A stretch of DNA of 64,000 nucleotides, from positions 1 through 64,000 of the IMG/VR virus record IMGVR_UViG_3300031760_000010; one strand, 5' to 3'. The notes below the pieces were generated by a model that was not told the DNA's origin, made no database searches, and saw nothing but the letters and a program-made list of their open reading frames with translations. The position numbers and the translations under genes are program-made. Shown here piece after piece: positions 41,567-51,971 of the stretch (within the stretch, counting starts at the first letter, position 1; each line of letters starts with the position of its first letter). Source of the stretch: a virus (lineage: Duplodnaviria > Caudoviricetes).

Positions 41567-41772
41567 CTTTTTTATCTCCTTATATTCATATATTTAGGCT
41601 GGATTAACCGCCAGCCTTTCGGTTATTGGTCATGACAGCTTGCTTGTATACCGCATTGCCAAAAAAGCGGTTGATATACTTGATTTTTCCTATTAAATGT
41701 TTCTATCATTTATCCACAAAATATTGCCTTAAAAAAGTGCAATAAAATATTAATATTTTATATAACGTATAA

Positions 41773-44700
41773 TTATCCAGCCGCCGATTTTTTACTTATA
41801 AAACATGCTAAAAAGCACTTTGAGTTAACTTCGTAGAGGGTCTTCAATAATAAAGCTTTGTTATAGTTAGTTGATGAAACCATCTTTGCGATGTTACTTT
41901 TTACCCCTGGAGTAATCACAAAAGCTCTATTAATTAATTTAGAAACTAAGCCAACATAATTTTTAGATAAATAAATTTGGCGGATATCTTCTATAAGCTT
42001 TTCAAAATCTTCCGCCAACATCATAAATAAATCTTCATCCGTTGGATCATCAGCCACTCCATGAGATAACAGTTTCAAAGAATATTTTTCAATCATCTTT
42101 TCAACTTTTCTTGACACCCTATGATGTTCCGTAAATTCATGTTTAATAAAAAAGTCCTGAATTGGAAGAGTGGAAGTAGTTGGATTATACGACTTTGGCT
42201 TTAATCTATATACATAATTCATTGGACATTTTAGTTGCTTATTCATTTTCTTCTTATCAAATTGCGGTCTTATCAATCCCCAAAAAGAAGGGTACCCACG
42301 TTGGTCAATTAGCATTGATTGCTTAATCAATTTTATTTCTTCCATTATATCAATGTCATATTTTCTTTTAGCATTGTCAATAGCACATTGAGCAAGAACA
42401 CTTAAAATACAAACATTATCATATAATTTCTGATCATCATAATTGTATGTATAAGACAATGCTATCTGTGCCAAGTTGCTGGATTCACCTATTGCCCGCT
42501 GGCTGGCCGCAAGGTTATTATCAATTCGCGCAAAATCTGCTAAAGTATTATTATAATGGTTAGCATCTTTGGGTATATTATTTACTATAGTAGGATATTC
42601 CCGATAAAATCTCCGGGCACTATCCACTACAGACGGTTGATTAGTAACGTATAGCGAATCTGAATCTTGATCTGCCTATTTGTTTCGTCCCAGGCTCTTT
42701 ATCCTGGGCGGCTCCGGGTTTCCCCGGAGTGTCGGACTATATCTTCACCTACGACTTTACGTTTAGGTGTTCGGCGCTCGTGGATGAATTATCGCTTTAC
42801 CCGCTCGTCATCTAGTCTCTAAGCTTTCCCATCTTTATTCGGTATTGGATGGGCTTAGTAATTGATTGGCTTATGTGTGTGATAATAATTAATTAGCCAT
42901 TTCGAAATAATAATTGTGATATAATTTCTGCTTTTTTGCCGCTCTTGATATGCAAGAAATCATACTTGATATTTTAATAGATAGTTTGCATTGCTCTTTA
43001 ATCCATGCGCAAGCATCCATTATCGTATCTGTGGTTAGTATATAATTTTTGTTTTGATCATATATATGAACTCGTTTGGCATTGGGATTTTCTTTTCCGG
43101 TTTGATGAGATAGGCGGTTTTTTGTTTTCGCTAACCACTGTTGATACTTTTCATCCGACATTCGTTCTTTTGGGGAAACCCCAAACATCGCGTTATTAGC
43201 ACCCGATGAAGTAATGCTGTATCGCTGTTTTAATTCGGCTACTTCTTCAGGCGTCTTTAACTCCCAATAATTGATTCCATAGGCAGGATTCTTTTCCCCT
43301 TTCATGGCCTCAGAATGTTGAATACACCATTCTTTGCTATGCACCATCCCCACACTACCATCTCCTCCAAAAGTATGGTTGGTTAAATGCCCTGGTTCAT
43401 TCTGACGATTATTATAACCAATAATATCAATCCCATAGCCTTTATTAAAAACATAATCCATAACAGTTTCATGTTCTAGTCGGTATGCTTCTTCTTCAGA
43501 TAAATTATCATAAAGAATATTTACACGCATTCCCACTTTATTAACAATTCTATCATGATGTTCGTTCCGTCTAGTATTGTAAGCTCGTTTCTTTCGTCCT
43601 TTTCCCACATAAAAACAAGTATCATTATCTAATCTAATATGCTCATATACACAATATCCTTGATCTTCTATATATTACACCTCCTTTTTAATTTAACTAT
43701 TATCACACACACTTAGCGTTCCAATTTTCACCGAATATTTTTTACGCATATTTCTATACGCTGGCCCAGTATGTTAAGCCGTTATTCCGATCCTGTGCAT
43801 CCGTTCCAATCATATTTAATGCTATAATCAATTTCCCAAATGTGAAATACCTCTTAAACCGTTCATCATAATGATTATGTAAATAATCCAGATTATTTCT
43901 ACTATTGAAAGGGTTCCTGAATCCAGCAAGATATTCACCATCTTCAAATCGTTCCGTATAACATTGAATTGCACCGTCTTCAATCATCAACGTATCATCT
44001 TTATGATAATCATCCCCGGCTGAAGCCAACAACATAGCATACGGAGATCCAACAATTACAAGATTGTCTGCTTGTTGAATAAGTTTACCTGTCTTTACAT
44101 TTTTTACATACGTACGAATTATTTCTTTTTTTCTTTCTCTAAAATAATCACAACGTATGAATTCCGGGTTATGCTCAACTAATGCGACAAGTACTTCATA
44201 ATCATTTGCAAAATTAGTATTTCTTCTCAAGTAATCTACAAATACAGCATCATTCCGCTTTAATTGCTGTATATAATCCAGAGTCTCTTGGCATATATTC
44301 TCCATTAGGTCTATATCTAATGCATTAACCATCTGATAGCTCATACGCTGTACCTCACCCAATTTACTAGGATGAGCTGTCTTCACTATACCAAACTGGC
44401 AGCCATTTTTTCGTACCCATTCAGACCAATATTCAAAATCAACATGAAACTTAAGCCACTTAAGTGCGTTTTCAGTGGTAATCAATTTTACATTCCTTGC
44501 TAATATTTTATGACCCCACATGTCTTCAACTTCAGCAGTTTCATATTGATCACCAAAATAATCTTGATAGAAGAGTTGTATATTGCTTCGAAAGGCTGCC
44601 ATCTTACAGAAATGATGTCGTAAGAGAATATAACCCTCCCCCCATTCCGGGAAAATGCTCTCATCAATTAATGCCTGTCCATCAAATAATGTATTCTTTA

Positions 44701-45481
44701 CTTTATAATCTTGTCTGGGAACTGCTACACAATGTTTGTTTTGATCCAATTCAACACTAATGACATTTGTTTTAAAATGGGCATCAATATCCTTTATAAC
44801 TAATATCTCTTCAGGTTTTATGGTGATCTTACCAACAATAGTACTAGTCACGAGAGAAGAGTAGGCTCCTATTTCCACAACAGGAGCGTTTTCATCAGGA
44901 AGTTGTATCCCCATACGCAAAAAAGAGATAGCCGCATCATAAAGGCCATCTCTAATAAACATACATGTTCCCTTCTTAGCTTTTCCGGGAGTCCTATACA
45001 GCATCTTATAATGTATTACATCAGTCTTAATTACTTCGCCCTTTTTATTATGCGTCTCATACTTTATATCTACACCATTTATATAATAGTATTCTCTTAA
45101 TGTTTGTCTTGTAACCTTTATAAACTTATCTTGATTTTCTTCTGCTTTTTCTTTAAGACGATGCATTACATTAGTATATTCTGTCAGTTCCTTATCAGAA
45201 ACTTTGCCCTTATCGTATTCTTTTTGTTTGTTTTTAATTCGTTGTTCTATCGAACGAATTTCTTCTTTATAACTCTTGACACCATAACTAAATTCCAAAC
45301 AAATGACGTCGCGGGTACTTTCTTCCTTCCAAACATTTAGCCCATTCTCTTTTAAAAAATCTAAGAATAGGCTATTAGTTAGCATAGCGTCCGTAGTATC
45401 ATATTTATCACGAATCCCTAAATCATATCCATAAATAGAGCCAGCTTGATAGTTTTTTATCTTGTAGCCAAATTGGCCCAT
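41773..45481 (-). CDS. yonO: YonO-like single-chain (two-barrel) RNA polymerase, split by a group I intron: exon 1 45481-43777, exon 2 42674-41773, 868 aa spliced
   Basis: Motifs FDGQALID, LLRHHFCK, SYQMVNAL and FRNP. Splicing restores DRNNG-SDQDSD, a DxDxD Mg-binding motif. Located upstream of HU and the late genes as in SPbeta. Confidence 0.85.
42675..43776 (-). mobile_element. Group I intron (1102 nt)
   Basis: 5' exon ends GGCU and pairs with intron GGCC with a U-G at the splice site (P1). R-like GAGACUAGA (42819-42811), S element AAGAUAUAGUCC (42745-42734), P9 hairpins and terminal G. Exons join in frame. Confidence 0.92.
42889..43671 (-). CDS. Intron-encoded GIY-YIG-like homing endonuclease with NUMOD-type C-terminal domains
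   Basis: Extending the track ORF upstream gives YCVYEH...FYVGKG...R...E...N (GIY-YIG pattern). NUMOD3-like 'HS.EW...S.AMKGEKNP.YG' repeats. Likely ATA start 8 nt after GGAGG. Confidence 0.82.
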   Translation of the reverse strand: MEDQGYCVYEHIRLDNDTCFYVGKGRKKRAYNTRRNEHHDRIVNKVGMRVNILYDNLSEEEAYRLEHETVMDYVFNKGYGIDIIGYNNRQNEPGHLTNHTFGGDGSVGMVHSKEWCIQHSEAMKGEKNPAYGINYWELKTPEEVAELKQRYSITSSGANNAMFGVSPKERMSDEKYQQWLAKTKNRLSHQTGKENPNAKRVHIYDQNKNYILTTDTIMDACAWIKEQCKLSIKISSMISCISRAAKKQKLYHNYYFEMAN

Positions 45482-45510
45482 ATAACATCACCCCTTTTGG
45501 CTGAAAATAA

Positions 45511-45705
45511 TTACCGTCGATTTAAATCATTAATTTTATATTTAACATATTCAATCAACTTCCGTCCTGTTACAATATCCTCATCTCCTATTGCAAATTC
45601 ATAGGTCTGTAAATAACGTTCTGCAGTAGAAATCACCCAACTAACTCCCTCTACATAACCATATTCATAACCATTTTTATACTCATTTTCTTCCATTAAA
45701 CTCAT
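45511..45705 (-). CDS. Hypothetical protein
   Basis: 64-aa ORF in the operon upstream of the RNAP gene. Confidence 0.5.
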   Translation of the reverse strand: MSLMEENEYKNGYEYGYVEGVSWVISTAERYLQTYEFAIGDEDIVTGRKLIEYVKYKINDLNRR

Positions 45706-45708
45706 AGC

Positions 45709-46161
45709 TCACCACCATAGATTTCTAAAGTATTTTGCGAACAAAACCAACCCCACCTGAATTTGTTCATTATATTTATCCCAACTGGAACGCCATTCTT
45801 GCCTCACATCAGGGTCAATATTAGAAGAATAAACCTTTTTACCGTCTTCTTCTTTTATAACGGTTGTAATAAAATCATCAGATATTAAAGGCTCCCGATC
45901 ACCATATGCCACTTCTCCAAAAGACCAAATCATTTTATCCAAGATATCCTGCCAACGTTGTTCTGCGTCTTTAACAAACCCTGGATCTTGCCGCAAATTC
46001 CCTTCTTCATCTAATAAGAACTGCCCTGGACACCCGGTAACTTTCTTAAATTTCTTTAATCTTGGAAGGATAAACTTAGCAATCGTCACATCCAAGCTCC
46101 ATAGTTCTTCATCTTTAAACCGGGTATAAATACCGCGCTTTTTCTTCTGCCGTTTATTCAT
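45709..46161 (-). CDS. Hypothetical phage protein
   Basis: 150 aa with a 'WSLD..IA.FILPRLK.F...W..ILDKMIWSF...GL.LF.KYF..LW' pattern common in phage hypotheticals. Confidence 0.65.
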   Translation of the reverse strand: MNKRQKKKRGIYTRFKDEELWSLDVTIAKFILPRLKKFKKVTGCPGQFLLDEEGNLRQDPGFVKDAEQRWQDILDKMIWSFGEVAYGDREPLISDDFITTVIKEEDGKKVYSSNIDPDVRQEWRSSWDKYNEQIQVGLVLFAKYFRNLWW

Positions 46162-46885
46162 TCACTTTCCTCTTTCTATTCTTCCAACGTATCTTAGTTA
46201 CGATTTCACTAATATCATACGTCTCTGTTTTTTCATTGCCATTACTCCAAGTGGTCATTGTATAACTGGTGGGGATTTTTTCATCTCCCGTATAACCCGC
46301 ATCTTGCAGCCGCACTTCATAAGGTATTCTATCTAATTTAGAAATACGAGATGGAAGATTGTAACAACGCTTACATAACGGTAGGAACCATCCATAATTA
46401 TTTACAATGTGAGCATCCAACGCACCGCATTTAATGCATATATGTTCTGAAATAACTTCAAATGCATTTGTAACATGTGCTATTGGTTTAGCATAATTAT
46501 TATGGTAAACCCGAAGCTGCCCATATTTTTCTTTCATTTGATTGATACGAAAAGAAGTAACAAAATTAGTTGCTTCCAGGGCTTTTTGCATTTCTTCGCA
46601 CCAAATATCTCCAAAAGCTTTCCGCCAGCCATTGTCCATTGCATCTAATTCAATGTGATCGTAAGGACGTGACACCCAGCTTATCTTATCTGTCCATACG
46701 TTGCGAGGTACCAGCCAGGGATATTTCTTGCAAAGTTTCTTGTTACGAATTCTTTCTTGTTTCAGTTTTATTCCGTTTTTCCTCCCATGGCGGTGATACG
46801 GACGCTTGCCATACGTTTTAGCAATTTTCCGCTCCGTCCATTTATCAATGATCCGCCATCTTGGATTGCTTTTTTTATTTTTCAT
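46154..46885 (-). CDS. Hypothetical phage protein
   Basis: 243 aa with 'QMKEKYGQLRVY' and CxxCG...CxxC motifs. Confidence 0.65.
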   Translation of the reverse strand: MKNKKSNPRWRIIDKWTERKIAKTYGKRPYHRHGRKNGIKLKQERIRNKKLCKKYPWLVPRNVWTDKISWVSRPYDHIELDAMDNGWRKAFGDIWCEEMQKALEATNFVTSFRINQMKEKYGQLRVYHNNYAKPIAHVTNAFEVISEHICIKCGALDAHIVNNYGWFLPLCKRCYNLPSRISKLDRIPYEVRLQDAGYTGDEKIPTSYTMTTWSNGNEKTETYDISEIVTKIRWKNRKRKVNE

Positions 46886-46896
46886 GTCTACGCCTC

Positions 46897-47283
46897 TTAA
46901 TCATTAGCTGTAAATGTGAATGGAACAATTGCCTTAGGAATATAATTAATTTCATAATGATACTTGCTTACCGCAGCACCGCCAAGATCTTCAACCACGT
47001 ACATATTATTATCGGTAAGATTTATGATATGTTTGTGATACCGGCCATTATCATCTTCCACAATAGCGTCAATTCTGCCAGAACCCACATTAATACTCAT
47101 CTTTCCAATAACTTCAAATTCAACTTTATCAGTACGAGTATTAATAATAACTATGCGGCGGTAGACATTAAAATTATCTGCTTCTTTTGCAATATTCTCA
47201 CTTACTTTATCTGCCTCTGTGCACCCTGTTAAAGACAACGCCATAACGAACAACATCATAATAGCTATAAATATTTTTTTCAT
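46897..47283 (-). CDS. Putative lipoprotein
   Basis: Signal peptide with lipobox LTGC. Confidence 0.75.
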   Translation of the reverse strand: MKKIFIAIMMLFVMALSLTGCTEADKVSENIAKEADNFNVYRRIVIINTRTDKVEFEVIGKMSINVGSGRIDAIVEDDNGRYHKHIINLTDNNMYVVEDLGGAAVSKYHYEINYIPKAIVPFTFTAND

Positions 47284-47483
47284 AACTTCTCCTTTATTCC
47301 AAAACGATCACATAATGTATTAAAGAATTGGATCTGAGCCTGGTATAAATCATTTTGTATCTTTTTAACATTAACCCCACGCGCTTCTAATTCTTCTTTA
47401 TACTTATCCAAAGAGCGCATCATTGCGGCACGAGAATCAGCTGCGTCAATTTCTTTCGAGTCCCAAAACTTTTTTCCACTCAT
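47280..47483 (-). CDS. Hypothetical protein
   Basis: 67 aa, coupled to its neighbours. Confidence 0.5.
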   Translation of the reverse strand: MSGKKFWDSKEIDAADSRAAMMRSLDKYKEELEARGVNVKKIQNDLYQAQIQFFNTLCDRFGIKEKL

Positions 47484-47485
47484 TT

Positions 47486-47746
47486 TTAACTATGCCCCGC
47501 TTTCATATAAGCTCCACAATTAGGACAATAGGGAGAGTTGTTCCAAGGCTGTACATCATATCCACATGCAGAGCATATATAAGTCATGACATCAGTGCCC
47601 GCCCATACCCAATGGCCTGTTTTTATTGGCGGTAGTGCTGAAAATGCTTCTGCTAATACATCAGGATCAATATTGTATTTTTCATAATCTCCATCCATTC
47701 CTATATAACAATTGCGGTCATCGTCTATATCAATCCATCTACTCAT
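47486..47746 (-). CDS. Small zinc-ribbon protein
   Basis: 'GHW...CSACG...YCPNCGAYM' phage zinc-ribbon pattern. Confidence 0.7.
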   Translation of the reverse strand: MSRWIDIDDDRNCYIGMDGDYEKYNIDPDVLAEAFSALPPIKTGHWVWAGTDVMTYICSACGYDVQPWNNSPYCPNCGAYMKAGHS

Positions 47747-47769
47747 AGGAATTTACCTCAGATTCCATC

Positions 47770-48111
47770 TCACTCATTCCGTTCACTCCAATCCAGTTTT
47801 TGCCCGCATTTCGGGCAATGCTCAAAATGATAGATCATATAAGCACTGCAGCTGGGACAAAGTGGGTCATTACGATAATAAGATGGGTCATAAGGTTTTC
47901 TTGGCGCCATCTTTTGCAGACTCTTGGTATCAAACCAATATGCTCTGCGTTTCATCTCATCCTCCTCGTCAAATACAGCACTTACCTCCGCGTATGAAAA
48001 GTTCCCATTCTTATCTATTTCAATATAGAAACGATTCTTTCCCCAACCCAGGTCTATATAATGATCCTGATGTAACTGTTCAATCTGTTCTGGTGTCAAC
48101 TCTATTTTCAT
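47770..48111 (-). CDS. Small zinc-ribbon protein
   Basis: 'CPSC...HCPKCGQKLDWS'. Confidence 0.7.
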   Translation of the reverse strand: MKIELTPEQIEQLHQDHYIDLGWGKNRFYIEIDKNGNFSYAEVSAVFDEEDEMKRRAYWFDTKSLQKMAPRKPYDPSYYRNDPLCPSCSAYMIYHFEHCPKCGQKLDWSERNE

Positions 48112-48127
48112 CCTCTACTCCTTCCAA

Positions 48128-48376
48128 CTACGGTACCAACTCAGGCGGCACTACTGGTAACTGCAATTCTTTAACTTTATCTTCATATATCGGGTCGTAT
48201 CCCTCACAGATACCAGCATATACAGGACCATAACACATATCTGCAAAATAACCACAATTATCACAATATATATGAAACTCTACCGGACCGATTCCGTATT
48301 CCGACCATTGCGTATATTGTATTTCTGAATTACAGACAGGACACTTCATTATCATCTTACTCATTAGAACCACCAT
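48128..48376 (-). CDS. Small zinc-ribbon protein
   Basis: CPVC...CDNCG motifs. Confidence 0.55.
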   Translation of the reverse strand: MVVLMSKMIMKCPVCNSEIQYTQWSEYGIGPVEFHIYCDNCGYFADMCYGPVYAGICEGYDPIYEDKVKELQLPVVPPELVP

Positions 48377-48935
48377 TTAATTTATCATGTAAAGAATCAA
48401 ATGATTTGTACTCTTTGTATACCCAATACCAAGCAGTTGTTTCCGGCCAGCCATTTGCTATCATCTCTTCATATAATTCTTTACGATAATATTGATGCAT
48501 TGAGAGATGAAGCCCCTCTGTATTTGCTTTTTTACCATACTCAGCTACCCGGTCCGCTATAGAATAATCTATATCTGATACAAAGTACCCCCCGGTATGA
48601 AGAGCTGCTTCTTCCGTATTATAAGGTACATGATTCCTTTTACAACGATTGTAATAACGAAGGGTATACTTCAGTTTCCAATTCAGACGTTCCTGTTCTT
48701 CCTCATCCACAAAAGAGGAAGAGGAGAGATGAATCCTTCCTTGATTATTATAATAACCAGCCATAGTAACTAAATAGGGGTAATAAGGTACTAAATCTTT
48801 TTCTGAGGTTATATGTAATGGTACTATATGCCCGGCAGCATATACTTTAAGAGTTCCCTCTATTATATTGTTGATCCGTTTCTCATCCAGACAATCATAA
48901 AAGTCGCATTTACCTGAAAATCTGCTCATAATCAT
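48357..48935 (-). CDS. Hypothetical protein
   Basis: 192 aa, first gene after a consensus promoter, RBS AAGGAGG. Confidence 0.65.
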   Translation of the reverse strand: MIMSRFSGKCDFYDCLDEKRINNIIEGTLKVYAAGHIVPLHITSEKDLVPYYPYLVTMAGYYNNQGRIHLSSSSFVDEEEQERLNWKLKYTLRYYNRCKRNHVPYNTEEAALHTGGYFVSDIDYSIADRVAEYGKKANTEGLHLSMHQYYRKELYEEMIANGWPETTAWYWVYKEYKSFDSLHDKLNGGSNE

Positions 48936-48949
48936 CCTCCTTTTAGGAT

Positions 48950-48978
48950 AGTATATATTATTTTGGATTAATTGTCAA
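48950..48978 (-). promoter_or_regulatory. SigmaA-type promoter driving the operon that leads to the RNAP gene
   Basis: TTGACA (48978-48973), 17 nt, TATACT (48955-48950). Confidence 0.8.
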
Positions 48979-48992
48979 GTACGTTAATTAAT

Positions 48993-50009
48993 TTATTCAG
49001 TATAAAGAGTAATGAGATAATCTGAAAGCTTACGCTGGGCAGACAACCAGGCTTCTGTATAATAAGGATGTTCTGAATTCATTGAAGTAATGTATTGCTT
49101 TACGGATTGATTATTCAGAAACTGAAATACTTTTAAATTAAGATCCCGTTTTATCTGGTCCTTATTAGTCACTTCACTTAATACTTTGTAAGAATAATAC
49201 AATTTATAGGTCTTATAATAAAATAACCAGTCAGGTCTTGCTTCCTTCATTAATTGATCCAGCTCCTCATAATATTTCTTCTTCTTTCCTTCGTTTAACC
49301 ATAACTCACGTATATCTTTGATCCCCTGGCGCTGCATAGCTTCCTTTTGTAATTCAATAATACATTGTCTGTCCTCAGTCGTAGCTTCACGTAATATTGC
49401 TTCATTATTATTCTGTTGCACCCGGATTACATAAGTCTCCACATACTGAATAATACCTCTGTTCTTCATTGAATTAAGAGAGGATACCAGAACATCCCGA
49501 AAATAAGAATCAGTTCTTAAATAAAAAGAGGAGATATCTGAAGTTAGTAATTTGAATTCCTTAGCTAATTGTGTCTGGTCTTCATTCTGATGATACCGGG
49601 CATACCGCTGATTCGCCAGCCCACAGATAATACTCAAATCAATAGGCTTCAAATATAATACTTGTTCTCCTGAATTATAGATATAAGAAGTTAATATATC
49701 TATTACATCTGATGCATATTTGCTGGATGACGTTACTGGAAGATAAGGAAGAGGAGACGGATAAATCTCTGATATAAAGTATTTGCTTCCTACCTTTTCA
49801 TAATTAAACCATCTGCTTAGTTCCAGTAACTGACGCTTCTTTTGTGAACCGGCAACTGCGGGTAAGTTTAATAATGAACAGAGTGACTTATATGTATATG
49901 GTGTATTGGTAACTAATGCAGCTGTATCAAGTTCTGTTATCTGAGGCAACAGCTTGTTGTTCTTATTACTTACTTCTTCTTCATTACCTCTGAAACGAAT
50001 GATATCCAT
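48993..50009 (-). CDS. Hypothetical DNA-binding protein (338 aa), candidate replication initiator or regulator
   Basis: ATG 50009 after AAGGAGG. N-terminal 'YKSLCSLL...GSQKKRQL.EL.RWF.YEK.G.KY.I.EIY' looks winged-helix-like. Adjacent to an AT-rich tract and palindrome. Function is inference. Confidence 0.55.
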   Translation of the reverse strand: MDIIRFRGNEEEVSNKNNKLLPQITELDTAALVTNTPYTYKSLCSLLNLPAVAGSQKKRQLLELSRWFNYEKVGSKYFISEIYPSPLPYLPVTSSSKYASDVIDILTSYIYNSGEQVLYLKPIDLSIICGLANQRYARYHQNEDQTQLAKEFKLLTSDISSFYLRTDSYFRDVLVSSLNSMKNRGIIQYVETYVIRVQQNNNEAILREATTEDRQCIIELQKEAMQRQGIKDIRELWLNEGKKKKYYEELDQLMKEARPDWLFYYKTYKLYYSYKVLSEVTNKDQIKRDLNLKVFQFLNNQSVKQYITSMNSEHPYYTEAWLSAQRKLSDYLITLYTE

Positions 50010-50155
50010 AAACACCTCCTTTACATTGCATCCACATGGTAAGGATTGCGAATTCAAAGCGATTTGTATGTATAATAATTTGTTAAATAATAAATTAAAA
50101 GATAATATGTTAAATTGTATATACAATACTTTATTATCTTATGCGGCGACTTAAT

Positions 50156-50221
50156 AAAGTTAATTTTTGACTCTAAAAACCCAATACTATATATTTTATT
50201 ATTGGGTTTTTGGAGACAAAA
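50156..50221. repeat. Imperfect inverted repeat; a third copy of the arm lies at 62451-62484
   Basis: TTTTGACTCTAAAAACCCAATA ... TATTGGGTTTTTGGAGACAAAA. Confidence 0.85.
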
Positions 50222-50819
50222 GTTTAAAAAAAGCCAAGTGAGAATTGGTAAAAATTGAGGTGGAGGGTATAGCAAAAATTTATGTCACAATTTTATTGTA
50301 GATGGAATAATGGCTGATGGGGGTTGATATAATCGTTGATAAAATAATAATGGGTGGTTGGGCTGATAAAAGATTGATGGGATTATAGCATGGATGAGGA
50401 GATGTGTCAAGGATGGTGGGGGATGGAGTGGGAGATGGAGAGATGGGAAGATAAGTGTTTATACTTAACTGTTTTATGATTTTAATATTTTTCGATTTAA
50501 TGGCCGATGAATAATTTTTAGAGCTGTATTAACAAGGTTACTATGAAAAAGAAAAATAAATTAAAGAAATATGAGATAAATATGAGATTGAAAAAATGAG
50601 TCAGTGTAAAAATGGACCCGCTATTGGGAAAATTGAAAAAATTTGTCGAATTTTGGTTCAAACACCCCCTGATTTCCTCAAAAAAACTGTAATTTTTCGC
50701 AAAAAAGTTTGGTTTTATGGTAGTATTGAATCGGAGGAACTATGTAAACCGCTTTTCGAAAACACTTTTCAAAAACACTTTATTAAAAGCGCCGATTGTA
50801 TCGGCAAAAGGAGGCTTAT

Positions 50820-51926
50820 ATGCGTACACCTAACACACTATCCGAACAACTCAATTCTTTTTTCGGTATTTCAGAAAATAATTATCCGATACCGCAAAAT
50901 TCAATCGAACGCTATCAAAAAACAGTTGAACTATCTAATCTGTTTAACGAATTGAACGAAAGTACCGCCGAAAATAATGACGATATTTTTTCGCCGTATA
51001 TTTCAGAAAAATCGTTATTAAAAGCGTTTTTTGACCGTCTAAGCGACGCCGAATATCGTGTAAAAATGGATGAATACGACGAAAGTCTAAAAACCGCCAA
51101 GTATCATTTTACACCATTCATACCTGCGTCAGAATTTACCGATATAGGCGAGTATATTGCCCAAAACAATTTGCATATCATTTTAACTAAAGTTGTCTTA
51201 AAAGGACTTTTGAGATATTCAACTAGACGAAAAGCCCATATTGCAAATACGGCGAAAAAAGCGCCGTCTTTCCGTAATGATTGGGCGATAGAACGAATAA
51301 TCACTAGTGGTTACAACGATCAAATTTTTGACGATATGACACAAAATGTAGCGTTGTGTATTTACGAAACTTTGATTCCAAATGGTATGATTAGTTTTGT
51401 ACCATTCGAGAATGATTTATGCTTATTTGATATTCATTTTGACATAGACCAAAAAGCGTATATCAAATTATGGAATGTTGTACAAAATACATTTACTCAA
51501 TGCCATGGTCACTCATATAGCGTGAAACATGCGTCAATTGAATCATTATCGGAAATAGGTGTACAATTTCAGACCGCCGAAAATGACATTGAAACGCGAC
51601 TTGCAAATATAAGATATATTGATAGTTTTCACGCAAATATGTGCATAATGAAAATATTCATGAAAGATAAAATGTATCATGAATTGACCGCTATCATTGA
51701 GGGAATATTAAAAGGATATAATCTTGAAACAATCAATAAAGCAACGAATATTCGTTGCGACTATGTTATCTCAAAAGCGCGTTTTTTCCATTGTTTCGCG
51801 CTTTTAGTACAAAAAGGACACACACAAAACTATATCTGTAAAACTATGAATATATCTGAAAAAACTTATAATAGGTATATAGCAAAATTGCCTGCCGACT
51901 TTGGGAAAATGGAATTTGCAATCTAA
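50820..51926 (+). CDS. Divergent sigma-70/ECF-like factor
   Basis: Region-2-like 'FDDMTQNVALCIYE', 'SIESL' linker and C-terminal region-4-like HTH 'GHTQNYICKTMNISEKTYNRY'. ATG 50820 after AAGGAGG. Confidence 0.5.
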   Translation: MRTPNTLSEQLNSFFGISENNYPIPQNSIERYQKTVELSNLFNELNESTAENNDDIFSPYISEKSLLKAFFDRLSDAEYRVKMDEYDESLKTAKYHFTPFIPASEFTDIGEYIAQNNLHIILTKVVLKGLLRYSTRRKAHIANTAKKAPSFRNDWAIERIITSGYNDQIFDDMTQNVALCIYETLIPNGMISFVPFENDLCLFDIHFDIDQKAYIKLWNVVQNTFTQCHGHSYSVKHASIESLSEIGVQFQTAENDIETRLANIRYIDSFHANMCIMKIFMKDKMYHELTAIIEGILKGYNLETINKATNIRCDYVISKARFFHCFALLVQKGHTQNYICKTMNISEKTYNRYIAKLPADFGKMEFAI

Positions 51927-51940
51927 TTAAACTATATCGA

Positions 51941-51971
51941 ATACCGCCGACTTCGGCGGTATTTTTTTTTT
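51941..51971 (+). terminator. Intrinsic terminator after the sigma-like gene
   Basis: ATACCGCCGA-CT-TCGGCGGTAT hairpin followed by T10. Confidence 0.88.

Noticed and set aside
41773-45481. RNAP gene as a pseudogene or two separate genes
   Set aside because: Group I intron core elements and an in-frame junction that restores the catalytic motif explain the split.
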